The notes under the pieces: generated by a model | The model's database searches: none | What the model was told of the DNA's origin: nothing | Seen by the model: only the letters and a program-made list of their open reading frames with translations | Origin: an uncultured Chloroflexia bacterium | GTDB taxonomy: Bacteria; Chloroflexota; Limnocylindria; Limnocylindrales; CSP1-4 | NCBI GenBank assembly: GCA_963766685.1 | Contig: CAVYBJ010000017.1 | Span: forward strand, 248,107-312,106 | Reading direction: 5' to 3' | Length of the DNA stretch: 64,000 nt | In this document: one piece after another, positions 1 to 10,522 of the stretch | Position numbering within the stretch: position 1 is the stretch's first letter | Layout: each line of letters begins with the position of its first letter | Translations under genes and position numbers: made by a program

Positions 1-886
1 GGGCCAGGGTGGCACCGATCGAGAGCTGGGCCAGCACGCTGACCAGCGTGTTCTGGAACAGGGCTCGCTCCCGGCGGAGGAACTGCCAGCCCTCGCGCAG
101 CTCGACGGTGAAGGCAGCCACGGCCCCGGCGACCCGCGGTCCGAGCTCCCGCGCAGCGGGGGGCACGATGATGCCGGCCAGCAGCACGGCACTGACCAGG
201 TAGGTCACCGAATCGACCCAGAAGGCCAGTGCCAGGTTGGTGCCGAGGAAGGCCACGAAGACGCCTGCCAGCGGGTAGCCGGCGATGTCGGCCACGGTCT
301 CGCCCGTCCAGATGGCGCCATTCGCCGGGGTGAGGTCCTCGCGACGCACGATGCGCGGCAAGATGGCCGCCTTGGCCGGCCGGAAGAACAGGCTGACGGT
401 GGTGACCCCGAAGACGAGCGGGTAGACCAGCACCACGTCGGCCTCCACGAGGAACGGGATGACGAGCACGAGGCCCGCACGGAGCAGGTCGCTCACGATC
501 ATCACCATCTTCTGGTCCCAGCGGTCGACGAACGTGCCCGCCAGCGGGCCGAGCAGGAGATTGGGCAGGGTGGCGGCCAGGAAGACCAGGCCGGTCTGAA
601 GGGCTGAGCCGGTGATCGAGAGCACCATGACGCCCAGCGCGATCTGGTGCAGGCGATCGCCGAACAGGCTGATGGTGCCCGCCAGCCAGAAGGCACTGAA
701 GCGCGCGTCCCTGGCGAGGCCGACGTACGGGTGCCTCCGGATCCGCTCGCCCAGGCTCGGCGCGACCGTCGGCCGGGCGACCCCGACGGCGGGCGCGGCA
801 TGCCCAGGATGCTCGAGGACAGCGGCGGTGCCGCGCCCGGGCCCCATCCCGCTTCCGAGCACGACCGGGCGATCCATGGCCATCGT
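1..886 (-). CDS. MFS transporter; its 3' end lies beyond the window start
   Basis: Minus-strand translation gives a typical MFS N-terminus (RHPYVGLARDARFSAFWLAGTISLFGDRLHQIALGVMVLS) followed by multiple TM helices. The ORF is open to position 1, so it is absent from the ORF track. A candidate ATG start lies at about 886. Confidence 0.6.
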
Positions 887-1632
887 CTCGCCTTGGCGCC
901 GGTCGGCTGGGTCGGTCCTCGGCTGACCGCGCCACAGGGACACCACTCCGGTGTTGGGGTCCGAGGAGCCCTTGGCCACGGCCGAGAAGAGGAACCAGGC
1001 GATGCCGGCGGCCAGCAGCACGTCACCCAGGCTGATCACGTTGGACAGGGAGAGGATGACGATGGGCAGGATGTCCCCGAGCGGACCGCCCGCGAGCAGG
1101 AACTCCAGGTTGAGCTGGTCCGGCAGGGCGACGTGGAACGTGGGTGACAGGTCGGCGGCCGTGAGCCCGGCCACCTGGACAGCCGGCACGAAGACCGGCA
1201 TGTACCCGCCGTTGAGCAGGATGGCCAGGCCGTTGGCCGCGACGCCCACCATCGCCAGCAGGAGGCCCGACTGCGAGCGGTTGAGCCACAGGGCTGCCAC
1301 GAGCATCCCGAACGCCGCGGCGAAGAGCGGGGCGCGGAGTTGATCCGCGATGCCCACGTCCTGCTCGATCAGCCATTGCGTTCCGAAGCGCAGGGCCAGC
1401 GCCAGCAGGATCAGGACTCCGTAGCGCAGCTGGATCGACAGGAGGTTGCGAAGCCGGCCGCCCGCCAGCAGGCCGAGAACCATGCCGAGGATGCCGGCGA
1501 TCAGGAGCAACGGATCACCCTCGCGCCCGATGGCGTCGTCGTGGCTTCGGCCAGAGCGATCGCCGTGAGACCCCGGAGGCGCTGCCGTCCCGGCCGACGC
1601 TCCGGCCAGTCGGTCGCGGGCAGGCCCGCCAT
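887..1632 (-). CDS. Polytopic membrane protein of unknown function, in frame with the downstream MFS ORF with no stop between them
   Basis: Minus-strand translation from an ATG at 1632 is hydrophobic and helix-rich (PLLLIAGILGMVLGLLAGG...LAAGIAWFLFSAVAKG). I found no stop codon before the MFS N-terminus. Confidence 0.4.
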
Positions 1633-1651
1633 CTGCTCGGAGGCCCCGAGT

Positions 1652-3025
1652 CTAGGGTTCAGCTACGGCTGAGCTGGACGGCAACGCACCCCGCGCGCGG
1701 ACTGCGGCGACCTGGCCCAGCGTCGGGACTGCCGCGTGCGGACGCTCAGGCTCGCCTCGCTGCTGATCCTCGTCCGCCCGATCCAGCCCCACGATCCGGG
1801 TGCGACTGAAGGCCTCCACCACCTGCGGGTCGAACTGGATGCCTGCGTAGCGCTGAAGCTCTGCCAGTGCCTCGGCCGGCTTCAGCGGCACAGGGCGGTA
1901 GGGTCGCGACGCCGTCATGGCCTCGAACGCGTCGGCTACGTGGAGGACCCTGGCCAGGAGCGGGATCTCCTCGCCGATGAGCCGATCAGGATAGCCCGAC
2001 CCGTTGTACCACTCGTGGTGATGTCGGATCAGCGGCCGAACCTTGGAGAGTTGGTCGACGTCCCTGAGGATCTCCTCGCCCTTCGCGGGATGCTCGTTCA
2101 TGAGCATTCGCTCCTCGCGCGTCAGTCGCTCCGGCTTGAGCAGGACCGCATCCCGGATGCCGATCTTACCGATGTCATGGAGGAGACCAGCCCACTCGAG
2201 TTGCTCGAGTTCGGGCTCGCTGAGGTTCATCACCTGGCCGATCTCCACGGCGATACCCGAGACATGGTCCGAGTGTCGTCGGGTACTTGGATCGCGAGCG
2301 TCGATGGCCGAGGCCAGCGCGCGAACGGTCTGCGTGAACATGTTGCGGATGTCCACGACCGCCTTGTAGGCGGCACGCGTCGTGTACAACGGCAGCGCAA
2401 AGACGAACGCGACCAGCGGCCCGATGAACACGTACGCCAGTGCCATCAGCCAGGCAATCGGCGTCAGGCCGACCATGGTCAGGCCATATGACTTGATGTT
2501 GCCCTCCAGAACCGCGGTGAACGAACGGTCGTCCCGCAGGGCCACGGCGACTGCGGTGAGGGACTCGGTGACAAGGAAGAAGAGGCTGCCTCCTACGAGG
2601 ACGGCGGCCAGCATTTGTGGCGACGTGATGCCTGCGTCGAACCATTGGACGACCACGCCAGCGAGAACGGCCGGAAGGACCACAAACGTGTGGTTGTAGA
2701 GCACGCCCCACCACGGGACCTCGCGACTGAGTTCGCGGCGCTCAATCGTGCCGAAGACAGCGACGATAGCCGCTGCCGTTGGTCCACCGAGCACTGCCAC
2801 AGCCAAAATGGGCGCGAAGTACACGCTCACGAACGGGCCGCGGGGAACATGGACCGGTGCAGCTGTGGTCAGGATGGTCAAGCCAATCCAGAACACCAGC
2901 CCAGGGAACCCGCTCACGGGTCCCTCGATAGCCTCGTCTACGGGCCAGAGATATAGGCTCGCAAATAGGACAATTGCGGCCGTCAGCGCGACGGCCGCAA
3001 CTAGCACCCAGAGCGACCTGTTCAC
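1652..3025 (-). CDS. HD-GYP domain cyclic-di-GMP phosphodiesterase with an N-terminal multi-TM sensor domain
   Basis: HDIGK...HHEWYNGSGYP motifs of the HD-GYP family sit in the C-terminal half. The N-terminal roughly 230 aa are hydrophobic with about 7 helices. Confidence 0.85.
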   Translation of the reverse strand: MNRSLWVLVAAVALTAAIVLFASLYLWPVDEAIEGPVSGFPGLVFWIGLTILTTAAPVHVPRGPFVSVYFAPILAVAVLGGPTAAAIVAVFGTIERRELSREVPWWGVLYNHTFVVLPAVLAGVVVQWFDAGITSPQMLAAVLVGGSLFFLVTESLTAVAVALRDDRSFTAVLEGNIKSYGLTMVGLTPIAWLMALAYVFIGPLVAFVFALPLYTTRAAYKAVVDIRNMFTQTVRALASAIDARDPSTRRHSDHVSGIAVEIGQVMNLSEPELEQLEWAGLLHDIGKIGIRDAVLLKPERLTREERMLMNEHPAKGEEILRDVDQLSKVRPLIRHHHEWYNGSGYPDRLIGEEIPLLARVLHVADAFEAMTASRPYRPVPLKPAEALAELQRYAGIQFDPQVVEAFSRTRIVGLDRADEDQQRGEPERPHAAVPTLGQVAAVRARGALPSSSAVAEP

Positions 3026-3419
3026 TCGAGCCTGTTAGTCACTGCATCCATGGGGCCCCGAGTATGGGCGGGCTGTTCACCATGGCCCAGCGGACCTTGG
3101 TACTACTTGGTGACCGGGAGTTCAGAAGGGCCGAATCCCGGCGCTGCCTGTTGCCAGTACCCCCATGACGAGAGCACTGAGCAGGCCCAACCTGTAGACC
3201 CAGTCGCGCAACTTGTTCATGACAATTACCAGGGCTTGCTTCCGGCGTTCGGGTCCACCTGCTTCTCCTCTCTCGGCGGGACACCCAGTAGGCGTCCACT
3301 AGCGGCTGGCGGTCGGCTCAATTGCCGAACCCGAGGCGACCCTATGTGTGGGACCTGTACGTCCCCAATAAGTACTGGTGAGTACTAGCCCTGTGAAGCC
3401 GAAGGTACTCGCGACTGGG

Positions 3420-6400
3420 TCACGGGTCCTCGGCGACGAGGGTCTCGAACGGGGGCGCTCTGAGGCCCAACTCCCGTTTCATGAGATTGGCGTACTGACG
3501 GTAGTGATCCCCCGCTGCATCGACGGCACCCACGCGCGAAAGGGCCCTTATCAAGAAGGCGCGGAGGCTGAAGGCCAGCGGATCCAACTCAATCGCTCGC
3601 GCGAGCACGTCTATCGCAGTCTGAGTCCGCTCGGAGGCGAGCAGGGCTACTGCCGTGGCTTGAGAGAGGAGTAGGAATTGGGCATGGACCAGTGTTCGCC
3701 AATCCTCCGCCCAGTCCTCGTACTCGAACTCCGGCGCGAACCGTCCTCCGTATAGTCGCGCGATGCTGGGTCCAGCGCGCGCGACATCAACCGAGTTGAG
3801 CGCCTCGGTTGCCTGTCGTACGAAGGCGACGCTGTCGATCTGGACCAACTCCGGGTCTAGGTAGATCAGTTCGGAGTCGAGCGGGACGTAATCGGGGGTT
3901 GCATCTGGTCCAAGCCAAGGTGCGATGTTTCTGCGGACATAGTGCAGCGTCTGGTGCAGACTGTTGACCGCCGCGGCTGGCGATTGGTTGGGCCACAGTG
4001 CTTCCATGATTTGCTCTCTCGGGGCAGCCTGTTTCGGGCGCGTTACCAGGAAGAGCGGAAGAGCGAAGGCCTTACGCCGAGCGGCTGAAGCCGGCATCTC
4101 GATGCCTGACACTTCGTACGAGGTGCGACCGAGATCATGAATCCGGAGGGTCGGGCTGACCCTGCGAACCAGCGCTCTGCTGAGTGACGTCCGTCGCGCT
4201 GGCAGCGCTGTCTGTCGTTCCCAAGCGACCAGTGGTGACGCGTCCTCACGGGACCCAAAGTCGGAGAGGAGCCTGGCCGCCGCGGAAGCCACCACGCCGT
4301 TGCCTTCCTGCAGCTGACGGACGAGCACAGGCCTCCATCTCCCTGGGAAGAGGGCGACGGAGCGTCTCAAGGCAGGTGTAGTTGGGTCCAAGCAGGTGGA
4401 GTGACTTGCCAACGACGTCGGCCGACTCCAGCAGCGCGAGTGCCGAGATCTCCGAGCAGTCGTGAACCCACACGCGCCAAGCTCCGACTGTCCTGGCGTC
4501 GCTGAGGCTTCGATAATCCGAACGCGAGCCTCCCACCTCCACGCTTGCTGGGCATCAGATGCCCTGAGGGCATCCAGGATGTCCTGCGCCAAAGTCGGTC
4601 GACCGGTTAGGTACGACACGAGTGCCACCAAGAAGGCGCTGCGAGAGGCGCCGTCGAGCTCATCGAACCGCCCGACGTCCAGCTCGGACGTTCGTGCAAG
4701 GGCGTCATCAAAGCAACCTGCGGCGACCAGTCTGGACACCCGTGCGACGGCGGCTTGGTGCCGTGCCCCGACTTGGGCTGGCCCACTCGAAATGAGTCTG
4801 TGGAGCTTGTGCTCGAGGGACTCCGCACGCTGGAGATCGCCACAGATGGCCGACAGGTACGCACCGTCCGCAAGAACATCAGGATGTGCATTCGGTGCTG
4901 CCACCGCTTCCTGGGCAAGGGCGATCCCCTGCCCGTAGTCACCCGACTCCGCCAACGCGAGCGCTTGTGTGACCATCGCCGAAGGTCGGATGCTCGCGTC
5001 GACCGGCGAATTGCTCAGAGTCTGCTGCGCGCGCATGGAGAGCCCGACCGCCTCCCGATAGTCGCCCTGAGCCAGTGCAGCGGTCGCCGCGTTGTGGAGG
5101 GCGATTCCTGCGAAGTGAGTCAGCCCACCTCGAACCGAGTCCTCCGCAAGCAGGTCAAGGGACCTCCTCGCATCGCTTATCGATCCTCCTTGGCACGCAG
5201 TGCGCATCAGAGCCCACGCGTGGGCCAGTCGTTTGACGATGCTATCCGAGAGGGCGAGAGCCCCAAGTGCCTCAACCTCCTGCCATAGCAGCTCGCTGTG
5301 TCCTGCCATCTGATGGGCACTCGCTCGCGCGAGACTGAGCAGCCCGCGCTCGTCAGCGCTGAGGGCAGACTGGTCGATAGTGCTCAGAATGGCCAGTGCA
5401 TCGTTCGGGTCGACCCGCTGAAGTCAGGGCCCTCGCCTTGATCACTTCCACCGCGGGAGGGGGGAGGGTATCCGGCATGAGTTCGACGACTTCGACGGCC
5501 GCGCCCCACGCACCGGTCCCGAGTGCCTCGCTCGCGGCGGATCCCAGGACTCGCATGGCGTCTTGGGGCTGCTCTGCCAGTGCGTAGTGCTTGGCGGATG
5601 TCAGCCACGCCGAGGTTTCGGCCGCGCGTGCGATCGCACCGTGCATCGCCTTGATGCGCTCGGGCGGCGTCACGAGCACGAACTGATGCTCCAGGAACTC
5701 GCGGAACAGGGGATGCATGCGCACGCCGCCGCTCTCGACCTCCGGCTCACCCAGCAGGCCAAGTGAGCGTGCATCCTCCAGGTGAGTGGCCACCAGGTCC
5801 CGCCCGATGGGCTCGTCGGTCACCGACAGGCCGGCGGCGACGAGCTCCGGTGTGACCCGGTCGAGCAGGCATGCGTGAAGGAGGACGCGCTCCGTCAGGG
5901 GCGCCATCCTGGTCAGGACCTCCTCGGCAAGGAAGTCGTAGATGGGTCCCGTCGTCCCGCTCAATGCCTCGATGAAGGAGGCCACCTCGCCTGGCCGGCT
6001 GACGGCGATCGAGGCTGCCACGAGCTGAAGGCTGGCCGCCCAGCCTTGCGTCCGCTCGGCGACGACGTCGCAGGCCCGCTGGTCGAGCGGCCGCGAGTAC
6101 GCCGTCGCGAAGAGATCCTCGATCTCCGGCCGCGAGAACCGAAGGTCGTTGGTCGTCAGCTCCGACACGCGCCCCTGGGCGATCATCCGTCCGAGCGTGA
6201 GGTTCGGGCGGCCCCGTCCGGCGATCACGAACCGCATGCCAGCCGGTGCGCGCTCCAGCAGGCGACTCATGATCATGCGGACATCCGCGGAGTCGCTGAC
6301 CAGGTGGTAATCATCGAGGATGACCAGGATCTGACTGGTACCGACCGCGCCAAGGTCGGACAGGAACTGGGATAGGGCCACCTCCCTGGATGAACCCATG

Positions 6401-6852
6401 GATGCGACGTTGCGCAGGAGGGCCTCGGTAGGCCGGCCGAAGTCAGCGACCGCGCCGCGGATGCTGGCCACCAGGTAGCTGAGGAACGTGATCCAGTCGC
6501 CATCTGACCGCTCCAGGCGATACCAGACGCACGTCAGGTCCGAACGGCGGGCGAAGTCATTGAGCAGCGTCGACTTGCCGTAGCCAGCCTCCGCGTTGAT
6601 GAGGACCGCCCGCGCCTGCGTCTGGTGCTCAAGCCAGCCGATCAGCCGCGCGCGCGTCAGGACCAGGCGGCCTTCGACCGCAGGCGAGATCTTGCTGGCG
6701 ATGATGGCCAGGCCTGACGGATGGCCGACAGCGTCACCCGCGCGCTCCGTGGAGGCGGGCAGTTGCGGGGCCGTCTCCGGGCTGTTCTCAAGGGTGCTGT
6801 CTGGCGTCAGCGGCTGGCTCGGCATGGCCGCATCTTCAGGTGGCGTTCTCAT
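3420..6852 (-). CDS. Large STAND-type regulator: N-terminal P-loop NTPase (NB-ARC/MalT-like), a TPR-like region, then a C-terminal winged helix plus BTAD (SARP-type) domain. It is split by one frame break near 5355-5400
   Basis: The upstream ORF (5353..6852) has Walker A (AEAGYGKSTLL) and Walker B (ILVILDDYH) motifs. The downstream ORF (3420..5309) ends with ...LPLFLVTRPKQAAPREQIMEALWPNQSPAAAVNSLHQTLHYVRRNI, which is BTAD-like. The downstream frame stays open upstream of its ATG (..QRVDPNDALAILSTIDQSALSADERGLLSLARASAHQ-MAGH..) and overlaps the end of the upstream ORF. This is consistent with a single gene carrying a 1-nt indel. Confidence 0.7.
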
Positions 6853-6869
6853 CCGCGACTTAGGCGGGC

Positions 6870-6878
6870 TGTGGATAA
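6870..6878 (+). promoter_or_regulatory. Perfect DnaA box (TGTGGATAA, i.e. TTATCCACA)
   Basis: Exact 9-mer consensus in the intergenic region between the STAND regulator start and dodecin. Confidence 0.4.
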
Positions 6879-6894
6879 GTTGGCTGGTGTGGTG

Positions 6895-7101
6895 CTAGGT
6901 GCCCTCGTATTCGAAGTGGATCTTCAATTCCACCTCGAACTCCACGATCCTGCCTTGGTCCACCCGCGCGGTATGCCGCACCACCTCGACCTGGCGGATA
7001 TTGCGCACCGTGTGTGAGGCACGCGCCACGGCGTCCGCAGCGGCAGCGCTCCAGGAATCCGGACTGCTGCCGACCATCTCGCGGATGATGATGACTCCCA
7101 T
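6895..7101 (-). CDS. Dodecin (flavin-binding, about 68 aa)
   Basis: MGVIIIREMVGSSPDSWSAAAADAVARASHTVRNIRQVEVV...VEFEVELKIHFEYE matches the dodecin fold signature. The track ORF (204 aa) is over-extended at its 5' end. Confidence 0.7.
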   Translation of the reverse strand: MGVIIIREMVGSSPDSWSAAAADAVARASHTVRNIRQVEVVRHTARVDQGRIVEFEVELKIHFEYEGT

Positions 7102-7192
7102 GCTCTGCTCCTTCGCTTCGACCTCAGGTCCGGGACACCGAGTGTAGGCAGACGAGGTCGATGTTGGCGCCCGAGCGACGCCGACCGAAGGA

Positions 7193-8554
7193 TCACGCGT
7201 AGGCGCTGTCTGCGTAGTGCTCCTCTTCCGCATAGGAGACGAAGCGCGTCTGGCGCTTGCGGAACCACAACTTCGTCTCACCGGTCGGGCCGTTGCGATG
7301 CTTGGCAAGGCGCAGGTTGATGACTTCGCCGTCACGCTCTTGGTCATCCGCGCCGCGCTCCTTCTCTCGCCACAGGAACATGACCAGATCAGAGTCCTGC
7401 TCCAGGGCACCCGACTCCCGAAGGTCCGACAGGCGAGGCTCGCCCTTCTCGCGGGTCTCCGTCTGCCGCGAGAGCTGCGACAACGCCACGACGGGCACCT
7501 TGAGCTCACGGGCCAGCGCCTTCAGGCCCCGCGAGATGTCGCTGACCTCCTGGACGCGGTTCGCCTCGCGCGACTGGACGCTCGATTGCATGAGCTGCAG
7601 GTAGTCAACGATGATCATGTCCAAGCCGGATTCAGCCTGCAGGCGCCTCGCCTTGGTGCGGAGCTCCATGGTGCTGATGTTGGGCGTGTCGTCGATGAAG
7701 ATCGGCGCCTCCGCCAGCTTGTTCATCGCGGGCGCCAGCCGCGCGAAGTCCATCTCTTCGAGGAAGCCCGTCCTCAGGCGCTGCGAATCGATGTTGGCGA
7801 CCGAGGAGAGCAGCCGAAGCACCAGCTGCTCCTTGCTCATCTCAAGGCTGAAGACGCCGACGACCTTGCCTTCGTTGACGGCGGCGTGTTCGGCGAAATT
7901 GAGGGCCAGGCTGGTCTTGCCGATGGATGGTCGAGCGGCCACCAGCACCAGGTCGGACTTCTGGAGCCCGGTGGTCATCGTGTCCAGGTCCGCGAAACCG
8001 GTGCGGATGCCGCTGATCTCACCCTTGTGCTGGTGGAGGTAGTCGAGCCGATCGTAGGCGTCGTGGAGCAGCGTCTTGAGAGGTGCGAATCCAGACTGCA
8101 CACGTTTCTCGGAGACGGCGAAGAGCTCTGACTCAGCGCGGTCGATGACCTCGCCGACGTCCCCTTCTTCCTGGTAGCCCAACCCGGCGATGCGCCCAGC
8201 CGCGCTGATGAGGTTCCGAAGGACGCTCTTGCGCTCGACGATCCGCGCGTAGTGGACCGCGTTGACCGCTGTCGGAGTGAGGTTGATCAGGCTCGTCAGA
8301 TAGGCAGTCCCGCCGACCTCGTCGAGGTGTCCCTGTCTCTCCAGCGTCTCGCTGACGGTGACGATGTCCACGGGCTCCCGACGCTCGTAGAGATCCAGCA
8401 CGGCGGCGTAGACGGTGCCGTGGTGCTGACGGTAGAAGTCGCCCGGCTGAAGCAGCTCGGCGACCTCGATGACCGCGTCCCGGTCGATGAGAAGCGCGCC
8501 CAGGACCGATTGCTCGGCCTCGATGGACTGGGGTGGCAGACGATCGATGGACAC
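7193..8554 (-). CDS. dnaB: Replicative DNA helicase DnaB
   Basis: N-terminal PPQSIEAEQSVLGALL, Walker A GARPSIGKTSLALN, and a RecA-like C-terminal domain; 453 aa. Confidence 0.9.
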   Translation of the reverse strand: MSIDRLPPQSIEAEQSVLGALLIDRDAVIEVAELLQPGDFYRQHHGTVYAAVLDLYERREPVDIVTVSETLERQGHLDEVGGTAYLTSLINLTPTAVNAVHYARIVERKSVLRNLISAAGRIAGLGYQEEGDVGEVIDRAESELFAVSEKRVQSGFAPLKTLLHDAYDRLDYLHQHKGEISGIRTGFADLDTMTTGLQKSDLVLVAARPSIGKTSLALNFAEHAAVNEGKVVGVFSLEMSKEQLVLRLLSSVANIDSQRLRTGFLEEMDFARLAPAMNKLAEAPIFIDDTPNISTMELRTKARRLQAESGLDMIIVDYLQLMQSSVQSREANRVQEVSDISRGLKALARELKVPVVALSQLSRQTETREKGEPRLSDLRESGALEQDSDLVMFLWREKERGADDQERDGEVINLRLAKHRNGPTGETKLWFRKRQTRFVSYAEEEHYADSAYA

Positions 8555-8704
8555 GCTCTTCTCCGGGTGACAGCAGTCGTTCAGATGGGCATCACGTCAT
8601 GCCCTCGCCATGTTCGAGGCAGTAGGCGGGCACGCGCAAGCGTCATCTCCACGTTCGCTCGTGGTCATGTCCTCAGGTCATGCGCAGCGACTCTCCACGA
8701 GCCA

Positions 8705-8713
8705 TGTGGATAA
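8705..8713 (+). promoter_or_regulatory. Perfect DnaA box (TGTGGATAA)
   Basis: Exact consensus 9-mer in the dnaB upstream / lexA downstream intergenic region. It has the same orientation as the box at 6870. Confidence 0.4.
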
Positions 8714-8749
8714 GTCGTGGAAAGACCCTTGGGCTAGCCTCCCGAGTGA

Positions 8750-9394
8750 CTAGTCCACCCTCCGGATGACCCCTACCAGCTTGCCCTGGATGCGGACCGC
8801 ATCGTAGTACTGGGGCTCATAACGATCGTTGGCGGGCTGGAGGCGGACCCGGTTCCGTTCCTTGAAGAACCGCTTCAGGGTGACGGCATTCTCATCGACC
8901 TGCGCGACCACGATGTCCCCATCCTGCGCCGTTTGCTGCTCGCGGATGACGACCAGGTCTCCGTCCATGATGTGGGCATCGACCATCGAGTCACCACGCA
9001 CGCGCAGGACATACGTCGCCGCGCTCGTGTTGATCATGTCCGGGATCGAGATCGTCTCGCTGGCATCCTGGTAGGCCTCGATCGGACCACCCGCTGCGAT
9101 CTCGCCGACGACCGGGAAGCGATGGTCATCAGACGCGGCCCTCGCCAGCAGGTCGCTCCCGCCATGGCTGAGCAGTGCGGCGGGCGTCAACCGGAGTGCG
9201 CGCGACTGGGTGGCGTCCCGCTCCAGGAGACCCTCCCGCTCCAGGGCCGAGAGATGGTGGTGGACGGCCGACGTGGAGGCCAAGCCGACCGCAGCAGCGA
9301 TCTCGCGGACGGACGGGGGATAGCCGCTGCGGCGCACGCTGGCGGCGATGTACTCGATGATCCGCTGTCTTCGCAACGCGTCGTGCTTGGTCAC
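8750..9394 (-). CDS. lexA: LexA repressor
   Basis: N-terminal winged HTH and a C-terminal S24 peptidase domain (VLRVRGDSMVDAHIMDGDLVVI, Ser/Lys dyad context); 214 aa. Confidence 0.9.
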   Translation of the reverse strand: MTKHDALRRQRIIEYIAASVRRSGYPPSVREIAAAVGLASTSAVHHHLSALEREGLLERDATQSRALRLTPAALLSHGGSDLLARAASDDHRFPVVGEIAAGGPIEAYQDASETISIPDMINTSAATYVLRVRGDSMVDAHIMDGDLVVIREQQTAQDGDIVVAQVDENAVTLKRFFKERNRVRLQPANDRYEPQYYDAVRIQGKLVGVIRRVD

Positions 9395-9418
9395 GAGGCC
9401 TCCTTTGGGCCATCGTAC

Positions 9419-9432
9419 CGAACACTTGTTCG
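9419..9432 (+). promoter_or_regulatory. LexA (SOS) box CGAACACTTGTTCG, Cheo/Gram-positive type
   Basis: Perfect CGAAC-N4-GTTCG palindrome 25 bp upstream of the lexA start, in the divergent lexA/DUF1232 intergenic region. Confidence 0.75.
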
Positions 9433-9539
9433 ATTGTCAAGGGAGGTGGCGGCTCGGCGGGGATGGGAACGGGTCGGCCGCATCGACGTGACGCGCGCTG
9501 GATGCCGTGTGTGGCGCGGGTGCTAGACTCGCGCTCCCG

Positions 9540-10007
9540 ATGGCCCTGCGAACCACCTTCCGGCTGGGGCTGACCGCGCTCAGCTTCTGGCCATTCCTAC
9601 CCCTTCTGCAGCGGACGCCGATCTACGGACGGCTTCTCGTCGAGTTGGCGCTCGACGGCCGGGTACCCTGGTCGCGGAAGGCCATGCTCGGTTTCGCAGG
9701 CGCCTACATCGTGGCCCCCATCGACGTCATCCCGGACTGGATCCCGGTCATCAGCAGGTTCGATGACGTGATGGTCACTATCATCGCCTTGGACCTCTTC
9801 CTGGAGGGGGTCCCGCGTGAGGTGATGATCGAGAAGTTGTACGCGCTCGGCATCGATGGTCGCGAGCTCGAACGGGACATGGAGGCGGCGCGGCGTCTGC
9901 TCCCCATGCCGGTCCGGTCGCTCGCCCGCCGCCTGCCGACCCTTATGGAGACCGGCGCCAGGATCCTGCGCGTGGAGCTGGCAGCGCGCGGCATCGTCGA
10001 GCAGTAG
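9540..10007 (+). CDS. DUF1232 (YkvA-like) membrane protein, divergent from lexA
   Basis: The motif ...YIVAPIDVIPDWIPVISRFDDVMVTIIALDLFL is characteristic of DUF1232. Start taken at MALRTTF. Confidence 0.6.
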   Translation: MALRTTFRLGLTALSFWPFLPLLQRTPIYGRLLVELALDGRVPWSRKAMLGFAGAYIVAPIDVIPDWIPVISRFDDVMVTIIALDLFLEGVPREVMIEKLYALGIDGRELERDMEAARRLLPMPVRSLARRLPTLMETGARILRVELAARGIVEQ

Positions 10008-10032
10008 TGAGACCTAGGAGGCTTCTGAGACC

Positions 10033-10479
10033 GTGAAGGTGATCCTGACAGCGGACGTCGAGTCGGTGGGCAAGAGCGGTGAGCTCAAGGACGTGACCAA
10101 CGGCTACGCCCGCAATTACCTCATCCCGCGCAACCTGGCCGTGCCGGCGTCGGGTGGGACCTTCCGCGCCTGGCAGCACGACATCGCCAGCCGCGAAGAA
10201 CAGCGCAAGCGCGAGCGCGAGGAGGCCGAGATCGCCGCCCAGCGCATCAGCAGCACGACGCTCACGATGGGCGTGAAGGTCGGAGAGGGCGGCAAGCTTT
10301 ACGGGTCCATCACGGCCAAGGACATCGCGGATGCGCTGGCTCGCCGGGGCATCGAGATCGATCGCCATCGCATCGACCTCGAGGAGCCCCTCCGACACCT
10401 CGGGACCTACAAGGTCGCCATCCGTGTCGCACCCGAGATGGTCTCGGAGGTCACCATCGCGGTCGAACCCAAGGGCTAG
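10033..10479 (+). CDS. rplI: 50S ribosomal protein L9
   Basis: MKVILTADVESVGKSGELKDVTNGYARNYLIPRNLAV is the canonical L9 N-terminus; 148 aa. Confidence 0.9.
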   Translation: MKVILTADVESVGKSGELKDVTNGYARNYLIPRNLAVPASGGTFRAWQHDIASREEQRKREREEAEIAAQRISSTTLTMGVKVGEGGKLYGSITAKDIADALARRGIEIDRHRIDLEEPLRHLGTYKVAIRVAPEMVSEVTIAVEPKG

Positions 10480-10522
10480 CCAGACGCGCGGTGGGGCTTG
10501 CCCGCCGCGTCATCATTGCGGC

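Noticed and set aside
5309-5400. Two separate regulator genes (ATPase and TPR-BTAD)
   Set aside because: The downstream reading frame stays open upstream of its ATG and overlaps the end of the ATPase ORF, with conserved-looking sequence. One gene with a 1-nt indel is more likely.
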